From: Coprothermobacterota bacterium
Lineage (GTDB): Bacteria; Coprothermobacterota; HKB111
NCBI GenBank assembly: GCA_037446255.1
Contig: JBBIIY010000002.1
Location: 69,630 to 133,629, forward strand
Length of the DNA stretch: 64,000 nucleotides
Direction of reading: 5' to 3'
Shown: piece by piece, positions 10,213 to 20,255 of the stretch
Position numbering within the stretch: position 1 is the first letter of the stretch
Layout of the letters: each line of letters begins with the position of its first letter
Made by a program: the position numbers and the translations under genes
The notes under the pieces: model-generated
What the model was told of the DNA's origin: nothing
Databases searched by the model: none
The model's input: only the letters and a program-made list of their open reading frames with translations

Positions 10213-11058
10213 TCATTCAGACTGTTTAAGATTACTTAAAGTAAGCGATACTTGCGACCCTAATTTAGCGTTATTAAGTAATAGACTTTTATTAGACTTT
10301 AAAGATATACCTTTAGAATAGTAATTAATCTTTTTAAGAAGATAGGGTGTCAGATCCTTACCTTTAATACCAGCAGATTTTGCATCATCTACTGCTTTAT
10401 TTATGTATATTTGCATTTCATTAAAAGGAATATTTGATGTTTCCGGAGGTGGATTAAGAACTAAAATGGATTTCTTCTGGTCAAGCACAGATTGTATCAC
10501 CAGGTAATCAATAAGACTGTTAATATCCATAAAAAATGAGTTTAATTCGTAAGGAGTATCATATGAATAGAAGGCAGGAAAGTATTTTGTCTGATAACCA
10601 ACCACCGGTATTCCTAAAGTTTCTAAAAGTTCAATCGTTTTTGGTATATCCAGTATAGCTTTTACACCCGTAGAAATGATAGTGGCTTCATATTGAGACA
10701 TCATCATCAAATCTTGAGATATATCTATAATCCCCTCTTCCCAACCCCTATGAACTCCGCCAATCCCGCCTGTGGAAAATACTTTTAAACCGCTTTGGTA
10801 AGAAATAAATAAGGTAGCGGAAACAGTAGTTCCTCCGGATAGTTTTTTAGCCATAGCATAAGAAAGGTCTCCTGCAGATAGTTTAACAACATCTTTTTCT
10901 TTACCTAAAAATTCAATTTCATCTAATGCAAGACCTACCTTTATTTGGCCTTTAATAACCCCGATGGTAGCCGGGATTACACCAGTTGATTTTACGACAC
11001 TTTCTAAAGCCAGAGATAATTCCACATTGTCAGGAAAAGGTAAACCATGTGTTAACAC
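10213..11058 (-). CDS. psuG: Pseudouridine-5'-phosphate glycosidase
   Basis: 281 aa; hallmark GGIGGVHRG motif. Confidence 0.7.
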   Translation of the reverse strand: MLTHGLPFPDNVELSLALESVVKSTGVIPATIGVIKGQIKVGLALDEIEFLGKEKDVVKLSAGDLSYAMAKKLSGGTTVSATLFISYQSGLKVFSTGGIGGVHRGWEEGIIDISQDLMMMSQYEATIISTGVKAILDIPKTIELLETLGIPVVGYQTKYFPAFYSYDTPYELNSFFMDINSLIDYLVIQSVLDQKKSILVLNPPPETSNIPFNEMQIYINKAVDDAKSAGIKGKDLTPYLLKKINYYSKGISLKSNKSLLLNNAKLGSQVSLTLSNLKQSE

Positions 11059-11143
11059 TGCAGTTTCCAGAGCTAAAACTGGTTTATTATTTAATAGGGC
11101 ATATTTTATTTCTGGAGATATATAAATAAGATCTTTTAAAATT

Positions 11144-11950
11144 TTAAACTCTCTTTTTTTCAGAAAGAAAAATATCTATGGGAAAGGATTTTTCTGATCC
11201 ATCATTTAATTTTATCAATAAAGTTGACTTAACCAGATTTTTCCCTGATACTATACCTTCACCTGTAGGTGTTTTAACTTTATCTCCTACTTTAGGTAGT
11301 TTTGCATCTAACTCTTCATAATAATCCAACTCATAGCGCAAGCAACACATTAAGCGGCCACATATACCCGATATTTTTTCTGGACTGACTAACAATCCTT
11401 GTATCTTAGCCATATTTACCCCAATAGAACTAAACTCGGTAATAAATCTATTACAACAGGCAACCTGCCCGCAAGGACCTATACCACCTAATAGCTTAGA
11501 TCTTTCTCTCTGATTTATCTGCCAGAGTTCAACCCTTTTTTTTAATTTCTTCGCTAAGTCTTTAACCATATCTCTGAAATCTACCCTTTCTTCGGAAAAA
11601 AAATAAAATACAATTTTATTTTCACCAAATGAGGGGATTGTTTTTATCAATTTAATAGGTAAATGGTGTTCTTTCAATAATTCCTGGAAAATATTGGTTG
11701 CTTCTTCTTTAGTTTCCTCAATTTTAGCAATTTTATCCTGATCAGATTCAGTAGGAAACCTTAAAATTCTGACCATATTTTTTTCAATAATTGAGGGTAT
11801 TAAAAAATGAGTTCTGATGATTTTTCCTACTTCCTCTTTATTCTCTTTATCCACTATCACCTGATCACCAGGGTGAATTTCCAGGTCAGTATGTTTAGAG
11901 AAAACTAATTCCATACCCTGATTTATTCTGATTACTACTAATTCATACAT
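11144..11950 (-). CDS. ricT: PSP1 C-terminal domain protein (RicT/YaaT-like)
   Basis: 268 aa; Cys cluster GPCGQVACC...GICGRLMCCLRYE; located downstream of holB as in Firmicutes. Confidence 0.75.
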   Translation of the reverse strand: MYELVVIRINQGMELVFSKHTDLEIHPGDQVIVDKENKEEVGKIIRTHFLIPSIIEKNMVRILRFPTESDQDKIAKIEETKEEATNIFQELLKEHHLPIKLIKTIPSFGENKIVFYFFSEERVDFRDMVKDLAKKLKKRVELWQINQRERSKLLGGIGPCGQVACCNRFITEFSSIGVNMAKIQGLLVSPEKISGICGRLMCCLRYELDYYEELDAKLPKVGDKVKTPTGEGIVSGKNLVKSTLLIKLNDGSEKSFPIDIFLSEKKRV

Positions 11951-12941
11951 GTATATAATCCTTTATTTTTATAGTGATTTTATCCCAAAAAAGAGAGGGA
12001 TTTACATTATAGTCTGTTGTTAATTTAATGGATTTATTAATAAAGCACAGACACTCCTGAATTAATTCAAAATTTAATCCTTCGCACATTTCTTTAATAT
12101 CTCTCTCCAGATCAATATTTATTATAAGATGCTTGAGTCCAGCAGAATACATTAATAGATCTCTTACTAACAGACTTAAAATCTCTAATTTTTTTAACGA
12201 TTCTTCCCTGCTATCCTTATCCTGGATTCCAAGGTTAGCAAAAGCATCAACTAACCTGTTGCTTTTTAAAAAATACAGATAATTCATTATTGATTTTCTT
12301 GTAATTATAAATGAGTCTCCGATTAGATATTTTACTCCTTTCTCCAGGCTCCCCAGTGATAAACCTGACAAAAGGTGAGCGCGACCCTCTGTAATTTCAT
12401 AATTTTTTAATAGAAATGATTCTATTTGCTCCTGAGAAAGAGAAAAAAATTGAATTTTTACTGCCCGAGAAAGAATAGTTGGTAACAATAAATGTGGTTG
12501 TGGAGAAGTAAGTATGACAGTAAGATATTCAGGTAAATCCTCAAGAATCTTTAATAGATTGTTAGCAGCTTCTGTAGTGAAATTGTGGGCATCTTTAATA
12601 ATAACTATTTTAAACCTACCTTCAAAGGGTACTGTACGAGCAAAATCATGTACTTTAAAGCTGTCCTCAATTTTGATGTTACCATTGGAGCTGCCATCAA
12701 TAATTAATAAATCCGGGTGTTTTAAATTAAGTGTCAATACACAGATTCTACAAGTTAAACAAGGGTTATTATCAGTTTTATCCATACAATTAATCCCCTG
12801 TGAAAAAACCAGGGCAGTAGTAAACTTTCCCGTTCCCTGAGGGCCATAAAAAAGAAAAGTCCTGTTGAATATTTTCCTTTTCAGAAAACCTTGTAAAATC
12901 ATCTTGGCTGTTTCTTGTCCTATAATATTATCGAAACTCAT
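11943..12941 (-). CDS. holB: DNA polymerase III delta' subunit
   Basis: 332 aa; Walker A GPQGTGKF; zinc-module Cys residues CMDKTDNNPCLTCRIC; start overlaps the tmk stop. Confidence 0.85.
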   Translation of the reverse strand: MSFDNIIGQETAKMILQGFLKRKIFNRTFLFYGPQGTGKFTTALVFSQGINCMDKTDNNPCLTCRICVLTLNLKHPDLLIIDGSSNGNIKIEDSFKVHDFARTVPFEGRFKIVIIKDAHNFTTEAANNLLKILEDLPEYLTVILTSPQPHLLLPTILSRAVKIQFFSLSQEQIESFLLKNYEITEGRAHLLSGLSLGSLEKGVKYLIGDSFIITRKSIMNYLYFLKSNRLVDAFANLGIQDKDSREESLKKLEILSLLVRDLLMYSAGLKHLIINIDLERDIKEMCEGLNFELIQECLCFINKSIKLTTDYNVNPSLFWDKITIKIKDYIHV

Positions 12942-13549
12942 TTCAGCCTATTAATAAAATCCAGAGCAACTCTCAAAATTGAAATATGAACTTCTTCTAT
13001 AGGTTTTTCTCCATCTATAATTTTGATTCTCTCTGGGAATTTTCTTAAAAGCCAATTATACCCTTCTTCAACTTTTGCATAATAACTGTCAGGTCTACTT
13101 TCTATCCTATCTTTTCCTCTCCTTTTCATACTCAATTCCAAACTAATATTAATATATAAAGTTAGCTGAGGCCAAAAAGCTGAAGTGTATCTTTCGTTAA
13201 TACTGAGAATTTCTTCTCCTCCCAAACCTAAACCAAAACCCTGATAGGCAATACTTGAATCAATGTATCTTGATGATATAACTATTTTTCCTTTTTCAAA
13301 AGCTGGTTTTATCACTTCCTCTAAATGAGAAACTCTTGCAGCCAAAAAAAGTAAAGCTTCAACTTTAGAGTTTATTCGTTGGTTTAGAATCATCTCTCTG
13401 ATTTTTTCAGCAACCTGAGTTCCACCTGGTTCTCGGGTCATGACAACTGGAAAACCAAGTTCATGAAGTCTTTTTGCCAGAAGATTAGCCTGTAATGACT
13501 TACCTGCTCCATCTAATCCTTCAATAGTGATAAAAATACCTTTACTCAT
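12938..13549 (-). CDS. tmk: Thymidylate kinase
   Basis: 203 aa; FITIEGLDGAGKS P-loop; TREPGGT motif. Confidence 0.9.
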   Translation of the reverse strand: MSKGIFITIEGLDGAGKSLQANLLAKRLHELGFPVVMTREPGGTQVAEKIREMILNQRINSKVEALLFLAARVSHLEEVIKPAFEKGKIVISSRYIDSSIAYQGFGLGLGGEEILSINERYTSAFWPQLTLYINISLELSMKRRGKDRIESRPDSYYAKVEEGYNWLLRKFPERIKIIDGEKPIEEVHISILRVALDFINRLK

Positions 13550-15036
13550 TTTGGGTATATAACTACTCTCCGAAAAGGTTCTTCTCCTTTGCTCTCAGAT
13601 TTTAATCCATATTTATCAATTAGTGTATGCTGTATTTTCCTGATCTGGGATCCCTGTGGCGATAATTCTTGAGGTTTATTTGTTCTAATCGTATCCAGTA
13701 TTTTACTTTTAGCTTCAGTCACCACATCTGAATTTTCACTATTATGCATGCAAATTAATTTTAAAAAAAGAACCATTTCTGGTACTGTATTGTTTTTAAT
13801 AGTATATACTGGTATTTTTAAATTATAAGCCATCTTCAAGGTTGTTGATTTACGCTTTAAATTTGATTTCAAGATAAAGAGAATATCGGCATTTTTAACA
13901 TCTTTAGCAAGTGTTATGGGAAATGAATTCTCTTGTATTGCTTTTTCAAGTTTGTGCTTATTAACACCAAAAGGAAACAGTTTAATTATAGAAGCCTCTA
14001 CTGGTTCACTTTCTTCAGGGATATTTGGTAATTCTTCTGAATATATTTGAATAATTCCCTTTTCAGTTCTCTTCCTAATTTCCGGTTTTGGTTCATAACC
14101 TCTTAAAAAAGCATCCACCACTTTACTAACATCATGGTGAACAGCAATTGTGTCGCGATCTTGAATCTCTATAAGAATATCAAAAGTAGGTGGAGCTTTT
14201 CTTTCCAGGACAGTTTTTTGAGTCCTCCTACGCTTGGCTTCTTCATCACCCAGAGTTACCGCGTGCACTCCCCCAACTAAATCTGATAATGTTGGATTTT
14301 GCAATAAATTCCCTAAAGTATTTCCATGAGCAGTAGCTATTAATACTACTCCCCTTTCAGCAATAGTTCTTGCTGCAGCGGTTTCTTCTTCTCTTCCAAT
14401 TTCATCGATTATGATAACTTCGGGCATGTGGTTTTCAACAGCTTCAATCATAATATCGTGTTGTTGATTGGGTTTAGGTACCTGCATTCGCCTTGAGTTT
14501 CCAATCGCTGGATGAGGAATATCACCATCACCACCAATTTCATTAGAGGTGTCCACAACAATAACTCTTTTACCTAACTCATCAGACAACACTCTAGCGC
14601 CTTCTCGTAAAAGGGTAGTTTTTCCTACTCCAGGTTTCCCCAGAAGTAGAATACTTTTTCCCAGAGACAGCTCTTCTCTGATAATAGCAATAGTTCCATA
14701 GAGTGCCCTACCTACCCTTAAGGTTAATCCAACAATATCACCTTTCCTGTTCCTGATAGCTGAAATTCGGTGCAAAGTTCTTTCAATACCTGCCCTATTA
14801 TCGTCCCCAAACTCTCCGATAAGACCTGTTATATAAGATATATCTTTTTTATCAACAATTTTATCTTTTAAAACCACAGTACGGTATAGCAGCCTAACCT
14901 CGACCGGTCTACCTAAATCAAAAATTATTTCCAACAAATCATTTAAGTCATTAAATGAGTAAACAATTTCAATTATCTCGGGAGGTAAGACTTCCAAAAG
15001 AATCTTAATATCATCAAGTGAATCTTGCATCTTCAA
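13546..15036 (-). CDS. SpoIIIAA-like AAA+ ATPase (Ycf45/R3H-associated family)
   Basis: 496 aa; Walker A GKPGVGKTT; VIVVDTSNEIGGDGDIPHPAIGNSRRMQV block typical of SpoIIIAA/Ycf45-type ATPases; C-terminal basic nucleic-acid-binding-like region. Confidence 0.5.
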   Translation of the reverse strand: MKMQDSLDDIKILLEVLPPEIIEIVYSFNDLNDLLEIIFDLGRPVEVRLLYRTVVLKDKIVDKKDISYITGLIGEFGDDNRAGIERTLHRISAIRNRKGDIVGLTLRVGRALYGTIAIIREELSLGKSILLLGKPGVGKTTLLREGARVLSDELGKRVIVVDTSNEIGGDGDIPHPAIGNSRRMQVPKPNQQHDIMIEAVENHMPEVIIIDEIGREEETAAARTIAERGVVLIATAHGNTLGNLLQNPTLSDLVGGVHAVTLGDEEAKRRRTQKTVLERKAPPTFDILIEIQDRDTIAVHHDVSKVVDAFLRGYEPKPEIRKRTEKGIIQIYSEELPNIPEESEPVEASIIKLFPFGVNKHKLEKAIQENSFPITLAKDVKNADILFILKSNLKRKSTTLKMAYNLKIPVYTIKNNTVPEMVLFLKLICMHNSENSDVVTEAKSKILDTIRTNKPQELSPQGSQIRKIQHTLIDKYGLKSESKGEEPFRRVVIYPK

Positions 15037-15040
15037 GCAA

Positions 15041-15649
15041 TTACCATTCTATACGATCTTTAAAAGCTATGCTCAGACTAACTTCATCTGCATACTCCAG
15101 GTCACTTCCTACTGATAACCCTTGAGCAATTCTGGTTACTTTATAGTTTAGCGGTTTAAGTAGTTTCATAAGGTAAATGGCAGTAGCTTCTCCTTCAACA
15201 TTGGGGTCGGTGGCTATGATAACTTCTTTGAAAAAGGAATTTGCAAATCTGTTAATCAATTCTTTCATTTTGAGATTATCGGGTCCTATTCCATCCATCG
15301 GAGAAAGAGCTCCCTGAAGTACATGATAAAGACCTTTATACTCCCCAGTCCTTTCTACGGTAATAATGTCCTGTGGTTGCTCAACTACACAAAGTATCGT
15401 TCTATCGCGGGAGTAGTCATTGCAGATAAAGCAAGGATCACTATCTGATAAGTTAAAACAAATAGAACATAGTTTTAAGTTTCGTTTAGCATCTACCAGG
15501 GCAGTAGATAATTCTTCAACCTTGCTGATAGGTAATTTAATTATGTGAAAGGCAAGCCTTCTGGCACTCTTATAACCAATACCCGGTAGTGATTGCAGTT
15601 GAGTAATTAACTTCCTTAAAGAAGGAGACTCACTTTTCATCTTCATCAA
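15041..15649 (-). CDS. recR: Recombination protein RecR
   Basis: 202 aa; HhH N-terminus; C4 zinc finger CSICFNLSDSDPCFIC; Toprim domain. Confidence 0.9.
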   Translation of the reverse strand: MMKMKSESPSLRKLITQLQSLPGIGYKSARRLAFHIIKLPISKVEELSTALVDAKRNLKLCSICFNLSDSDPCFICNDYSRDRTILCVVEQPQDIITVERTGEYKGLYHVLQGALSPMDGIGPDNLKMKELINRFANSFFKEVIIATDPNVEGEATAIYLMKLLKPLNYKVTRIAQGLSVGSDLEYADEVSLSIAFKDRIEW

Positions 15650-17150
15650 CCTTTCTTACAATCAGTGAACTTCCTTCAAATAGCTCCAGGGCTTTCTTTA
15701 CCAAAGGGTCCTGTCGTAAATCAAAATCCGAATTCTGCTCGGGTATATATTTCAGGGATATCGTAGAAGGAGTTTTAACAAATTCTGATAACATCTTTTC
15801 CAGATTGGACTTTTCTTTACTCAAAAATTCCAGCTGAGCTTTTTCTTTTACCCGAAAATATAGAGTTAAATCATTATTTATAAAGGAAAATTCTATTGCT
15901 AAACTCATCATAGATCCAAAAATAAAATGTTTTTTGGTTTCCTTTATGAAATTAATAAAATTATCAAGAGAAAAAGTGTTTTCAGTAATAGCAGATATGC
16001 TAATAGCTTTGGTATCAGTAATAATTTCATCATGTTTTGGAGTTACTACCCCTTCTTTAATAGGTAGTTTAATAGCTGCCGGGGAAGTTTCTTTCAAAGT
16101 AAACAATTCCAGGGTAAGCCTGGGGTCAAGGCTGAACCTAAGCTCATTTTCCAGTGAAATCAATCTATCCAGAACAATAATCATTTCTTCAATGGAAACA
16201 TTAGATGTGTTGGTTAGTAGTTCTTCGTCAACGAAAATCTTTTTGCTGTCCTCACCCATTCTTATAATAATCAGATTTCTTAGTTGGATTATTACCTGCC
16301 TGATACTCTGACGAAAATCCCTTCCCAAACTTACCAGTTCCTCTACTCTGTTAATTCCATTTTCTCTTCGCTTTAACAACAAATCTTGAAGGTAATCCTT
16401 CACCCAGGCAGGAGACGGAATTCCCAACACTACATAGACATCTTCATCCTTCATTTCTTTACCCGCAAATGATTCAACCTGCTCAAGATATGTTAGTGCA
16501 TCTCTAAGTGAACCCTGCGAAGCTTCAATAAGTATGGAAAGAGATTTCTCTTCGATGGAAAACCTTTCATGTTCGCATACTTTTTTTAATAGACTAACCA
16601 TGTCTTCTTCGCTGAGATTCCTAAAATCAAACCTCAAACATCTTGAGGCAATAGTTGGGGGGACCTTATGCGGTTCGGTTGTGGCTAAAACAAACACTAC
16701 AAAATTAGGTGGTTCTTCAAGCGTTTTTAATAAAGCATTAAATGCTTCTGCAGTAAGCATATGAACTTCATCAATGATGTACACTTTAAATTTAAAAAGA
16801 ACAGGAGCAAAATTAATTTTACTTCTTAAATCTTTTATTTCATCAATACCTCTATTAGAAGCAGCATCAATTTCTAATATATCCATACTGATACCACTTA
16901 ACACGTTATTGCAGGGAAGACATTTGCCACAGGGATTTCCCTCTAAAGGGTCCAGGCAGTTTATTGCTCGAGCTAATATTCTGGCAACACTGGTTTTACC
17001 AGTACCTCGTGGTCCAGTAAATAAGTAGGCATGATTTATTTTTCCACCTGCAACCATATTTTTTAATGTTTTAACTACATGTACCTGCCCTGCAACTTCA
17101 TTAAAATATTGAGGTCTCCATCTTCTATATAAGGATATTTCGGTGTCCAA
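15630..17150 (-). CDS. dnaX: DNA polymerase III subunit gamma/tau
   Basis: 506 aa; Walker A GPRGTGKTS; zinc-binding CLDPLEGNPCGKCLPC; SRC motif. Confidence 0.9.
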   Translation of the reverse strand: MDTEISLYRRWRPQYFNEVAGQVHVVKTLKNMVAGGKINHAYLFTGPRGTGKTSVARILARAINCLDPLEGNPCGKCLPCNNVLSGISMDILEIDAASNRGIDEIKDLRSKINFAPVLFKFKVYIIDEVHMLTAEAFNALLKTLEEPPNFVVFVLATTEPHKVPPTIASRCLRFDFRNLSEEDMVSLLKKVCEHERFSIEEKSLSILIEASQGSLRDALTYLEQVESFAGKEMKDEDVYVVLGIPSPAWVKDYLQDLLLKRRENGINRVEELVSLGRDFRQSIRQVIIQLRNLIIIRMGEDSKKIFVDEELLTNTSNVSIEEMIIVLDRLISLENELRFSLDPRLTLELFTLKETSPAAIKLPIKEGVVTPKHDEIITDTKAISISAITENTFSLDNFINFIKETKKHFIFGSMMSLAIEFSFINNDLTLYFRVKEKAQLEFLSKEKSNLEKMLSEFVKTPSTISLKYIPEQNSDFDLRQDPLVKKALELFEGSSLIVRKVDEDEK

Positions 17151-17152
17151 AA

Positions 17153-18871
17153 CTAATCCTCCACTTTTATATGCAAGTTTTTAAGCTGTTGGCACTCAAC
17201 CTCAGAGGGGGCATCTGTTAAAGGATCATAAGTTGAAGTCATTTTAGGAAAAGCAATAACCTCTCTAATTGATTCTTCTCCCATTAAAATAGCTACCAGC
17301 CTATCAAATCCCAAAGCTATTCCCCCGTGTGGAGGTGCTCCAAAAGAAAGAGCTTTCAAAAGAAACCCAAATTTTTCTTCTATATCTTTATCACTAAGGC
17401 CCAGAGTTTTGAACACTTCTTGTTGAATATTATTAGAAATAATTCTTGTGCTGCCGCCGCCTAATTCCACACCATTTACCACTATATCATAAGCTTGAGC
17501 TCTCATCATTAGAGGGTTGGTTAAAAATAACGGAATATCTTCATCCAGCGGTGAAGTAAAAGGATGATGTTTGGAAGTAATATTACCTTCTTTGCTTAAT
17601 TCAAAGAGAGGAAAGTCCACCACCCATACAAACTCAAATTCCTTATCAGGCTTGATTTTTTCCACTTCAATAATATTCTTTCTTAAAAGCCCGAGTAATT
17701 CCAGAGAGTCTAATTTTTCACCACCTATTACCAACAAAAGATCACCAGATTGCAAATCATATTTATTTCTAAGGATAGTAAATACTTCCAGGTCTTTTTC
17801 TTCCTCCTCAAATTTAAAAACTTTAACGCCTTTTCCTCCATGACTCTTTATGAATTCATCATAATTATGAAGGTATTTTCTACTGGTTTTAGAAGCTTTT
17901 CGGCAAATAATTCCTCCCACGAAGGATGCTTCTCGCAAATACTGAAAGGTGCTATATTGGAAAATAGAGGTTAGGTCTTCTATCTCTAAGCCAAACCTTA
18001 AATCAGGTTTATCGGTTCCATATCTACAAATAGACTCATCATAGGTCAATATTTTAAAGGGCTGGGGAAGATCAATATCCAGGATTTCTTTCCATAATAT
18101 ACCCAGAAGATTTTCTATTAAACTCATGATATCAAACTTATCAACAAAAGACATTTCTACATCTATTTGGGTAAATTCAATCTGACGATCCGACCTGGGG
18201 TCTTCATCTCTAAAACACTTAGACAATTGAAAATATTTATCAAAATTGGCAATCATCAACAATTGTTTGTAAATTTGGGGTGATTCAGCCAGAGCAAAGA
18301 ATTTCCCGGTAAATGAGCGACTGGGTACCAAAAAGTTTCTTGCTCCACCAGGCGTATATTTTACAATTAAAGGGGTTTCCACCTCTATAAAATCATTTTT
18401 ATGGAAATAATCTCTAACTAATTTAGAAATCTTTGACCTGTATAATATATTCTTATTAAGTGATTCTCTTCTTAAATCCAGATATCTGTATTTTAACCTC
18501 AAAGCTTCATTTATCTGAGTTTCTTTGGATATTTCAAAAGGTAAGGGGAGAGTTGAACTTATCAGATTAATTCCACTTCCAAGAATTTCTACCTCTCCTG
18601 TTTTCATTTGGTGATTAATGGATTCTTCAGGTCTTCTTCTTACAAACCCAGATATTTCTACTATCTCTTCTGGTTTTATAGTTATTAAAAGATCGGCATG
18701 GATACTGTTAAAATATTCAGGCCAAACAGTCTGTATAACCCCTTCCCTATCCCTGACATCCACAAAAAGGACACCACCATGATTTCTGATTTTTTGAACC
18801 CACCCTTTAATAATAATATGTTCACCTACATGCTTAATTGATACATTTCCAGCATATGTAGTTCTGTTCAA
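17153..18871 (-). CDS. aspS: Aspartate--tRNA ligase
   Basis: 572 aa; class II aaRS motifs (FRDEDPRSDRQIEFTQIDVEMSF; GGSTRI; GIALGFDRLV). Confidence 0.9.
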   Translation of the reverse strand: MNRTTYAGNVSIKHVGEHIIIKGWVQKIRNHGGVLFVDVRDREGVIQTVWPEYFNSIHADLLITIKPEEIVEISGFVRRRPEESINHQMKTGEVEILGSGINLISSTLPLPFEISKETQINEALRLKYRYLDLRRESLNKNILYRSKISKLVRDYFHKNDFIEVETPLIVKYTPGGARNFLVPSRSFTGKFFALAESPQIYKQLLMIANFDKYFQLSKCFRDEDPRSDRQIEFTQIDVEMSFVDKFDIMSLIENLLGILWKEILDIDLPQPFKILTYDESICRYGTDKPDLRFGLEIEDLTSIFQYSTFQYLREASFVGGIICRKASKTSRKYLHNYDEFIKSHGGKGVKVFKFEEEEKDLEVFTILRNKYDLQSGDLLLVIGGEKLDSLELLGLLRKNIIEVEKIKPDKEFEFVWVVDFPLFELSKEGNITSKHHPFTSPLDEDIPLFLTNPLMMRAQAYDIVVNGVELGGGSTRIISNNIQQEVFKTLGLSDKDIEEKFGFLLKALSFGAPPHGGIALGFDRLVAILMGEESIREVIAFPKMTSTYDPLTDAPSEVECQQLKNLHIKVED

Positions 18872-20124
18872 CTCAGTCCTCCTTTATCTGAAAAGAATGT
18901 CAGGACCTTTTCTTCTTCTTCATTTTCATATACTTTTTCTTCGCCAGTAGTAAGATTTTTCAAAACCATATCTTTCTCAAAAATTGTTAAAAAGAACTCA
19001 AAATTATCTTTATCTGCTGTTTTAACCTGGGATTTAAGACTTCGGTTTTGATAGTTACATTCTGCTTTTAACCCCTTGTTGCGCAAATTAAAAGTCATTT
19101 TAAACACTCTATCCCAAAGATCAGTTTCTGGGGACGATATATATACACCTTTTCTTACGATATTCAAAAACTCAGGATTACATAAAGTAACAACCTGATA
19201 AAGCCTATCAAACCCTAAGGCAAAACCCACTCCAGGGGTTTCTTTACCGCCAAGACAGGAAATTAGCAGGTCATATCTTCCTCCGCCAAGAATGCTGGTG
19301 CTCTCTCCTAAATGAGATGTAACTAATTCAAAGACTGTTCTGTTGTAATAATCAAGACCTCTTACCAGGTTGGGATTTTCCTGCCAGTTAATATTAAGGG
19401 TTTGTAATCCCTTTTTAACCTCATTATAATGCTGACTGCACGAAGGACAGAGATTTTCAGCCAATATTGGTAATTTATCAATTTGGTGTCTATCAATTTT
19501 ACAATCCAACACTCTTAAGGTATTAGTATTTAACCTTCTTTGACAGTCCTCACAATAAGAGGTAATTTCGTGTTTAAGCAAGTCGCGAAGTTTTACAATA
19601 TAGTGATTTCTACACTTGGAGCATCCTATGGAATTAATATATATCAGGTAATCCTTGATAGAAAAAGATTCTGCAGTATCTTTGCAAAGTGAAATCAGTT
19701 CCACATCCAGGAAAGGTGAATCTGACCCCAAAGCTTCCGCTCCGAATTGGTAAAACTCACGATACCTTCCCGATTGAGGCCTTTCATAGCGAAACATTGA
19801 CCCAAAATAATAATATTTAGATACTCCATTAAATTTATCAATGCCTTTCTCTACAAATAGCCTGGCTAAAGAAGCAGTTCCTTCCGGTCTTAAGGTTAAC
19901 CACCTGCCTTTTCTGTCTTGAAAAGTGTACATCTCTTTTTGAACAATGTCAGTATCTTCTCCAATACCCCTCCTGAAAAGTTCTGTATGTTCAAAAGTTG
20001 GAAAGATAACTTTTTTATAGCCGTATTTTTCAGCTCTATCATTTAGTTTACTTAAAATAACATCCCACCCCTCAGATTCCGGGGGTAAAATATCTCGTGT
20101 GCCTCGGGGTGCTCTGTATTCCAT
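18868..20124 (-). CDS. hisS: Histidine--tRNA ligase
   Basis: 418 aa; N-terminal RGTRD; class II motifs; GGGRYD and GFALGFDRL. Confidence 0.9.
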   Translation of the reverse strand: MEYRAPRGTRDILPPESEGWDVILSKLNDRAEKYGYKKVIFPTFEHTELFRRGIGEDTDIVQKEMYTFQDRKGRWLTLRPEGTASLARLFVEKGIDKFNGVSKYYYFGSMFRYERPQSGRYREFYQFGAEALGSDSPFLDVELISLCKDTAESFSIKDYLIYINSIGCSKCRNHYIVKLRDLLKHEITSYCEDCQRRLNTNTLRVLDCKIDRHQIDKLPILAENLCPSCSQHYNEVKKGLQTLNINWQENPNLVRGLDYYNRTVFELVTSHLGESTSILGGGRYDLLISCLGGKETPGVGFALGFDRLYQVVTLCNPEFLNIVRKGVYISSPETDLWDRVFKMTFNLRNKGLKAECNYQNRSLKSQVKTADKDNFEFFLTIFEKDMVLKNLTTGEEKVYENEEEEKVLTFFSDKGGLS

Positions 20125-20154
20125 AATTAAACCATCCTTAATAAGTATGTAAAA

Positions 20155-20183
20155 ATCTTATAATATTCATCATTAAATGTCAA
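20155..20183 (-). promoter_or_regulatory. Putative sigma70 promoter for hisS-aspS (-35 TTGACA 20183..20178, 17-nt spacer, -10 TAAGAT 20160..20155 on the minus strand)
   Basis: Hexamers read on the minus strand; the leader of about 25 nt ends in an AAGGATGG SD. Confidence 0.45.
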
Positions 20184-20255
20184 CCTTGTTCTATATTACC
20201 TGATTATTAATTTAGTTTAAAGGAAAAGAGCATTACATAAATACTTATTTGTTTA

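Noticed and set aside
6434-17974. Numerous small antisense ORFs inside large genes (e.g. 6434..6628, 9179..9418, 12514..12840, 15934..16311, 16534..17028, 17571..17974, and likewise 51065..51340, 54126..54395)
   Set aside because: They are fully embedded antisense to well-supported genes, lack RBSs and have low-complexity or hydrophobic composition typical of AT-rich antisense reading.
20125-20255. Possible T-box riboswitch upstream of hisS-aspS
   Set aside because: The intergenic region is only 131 nt and holds a good promoter about 25 nt from the SD. That is too short for a T-box leader (about 250 nt), and no specifier or T-box sequence is seen.
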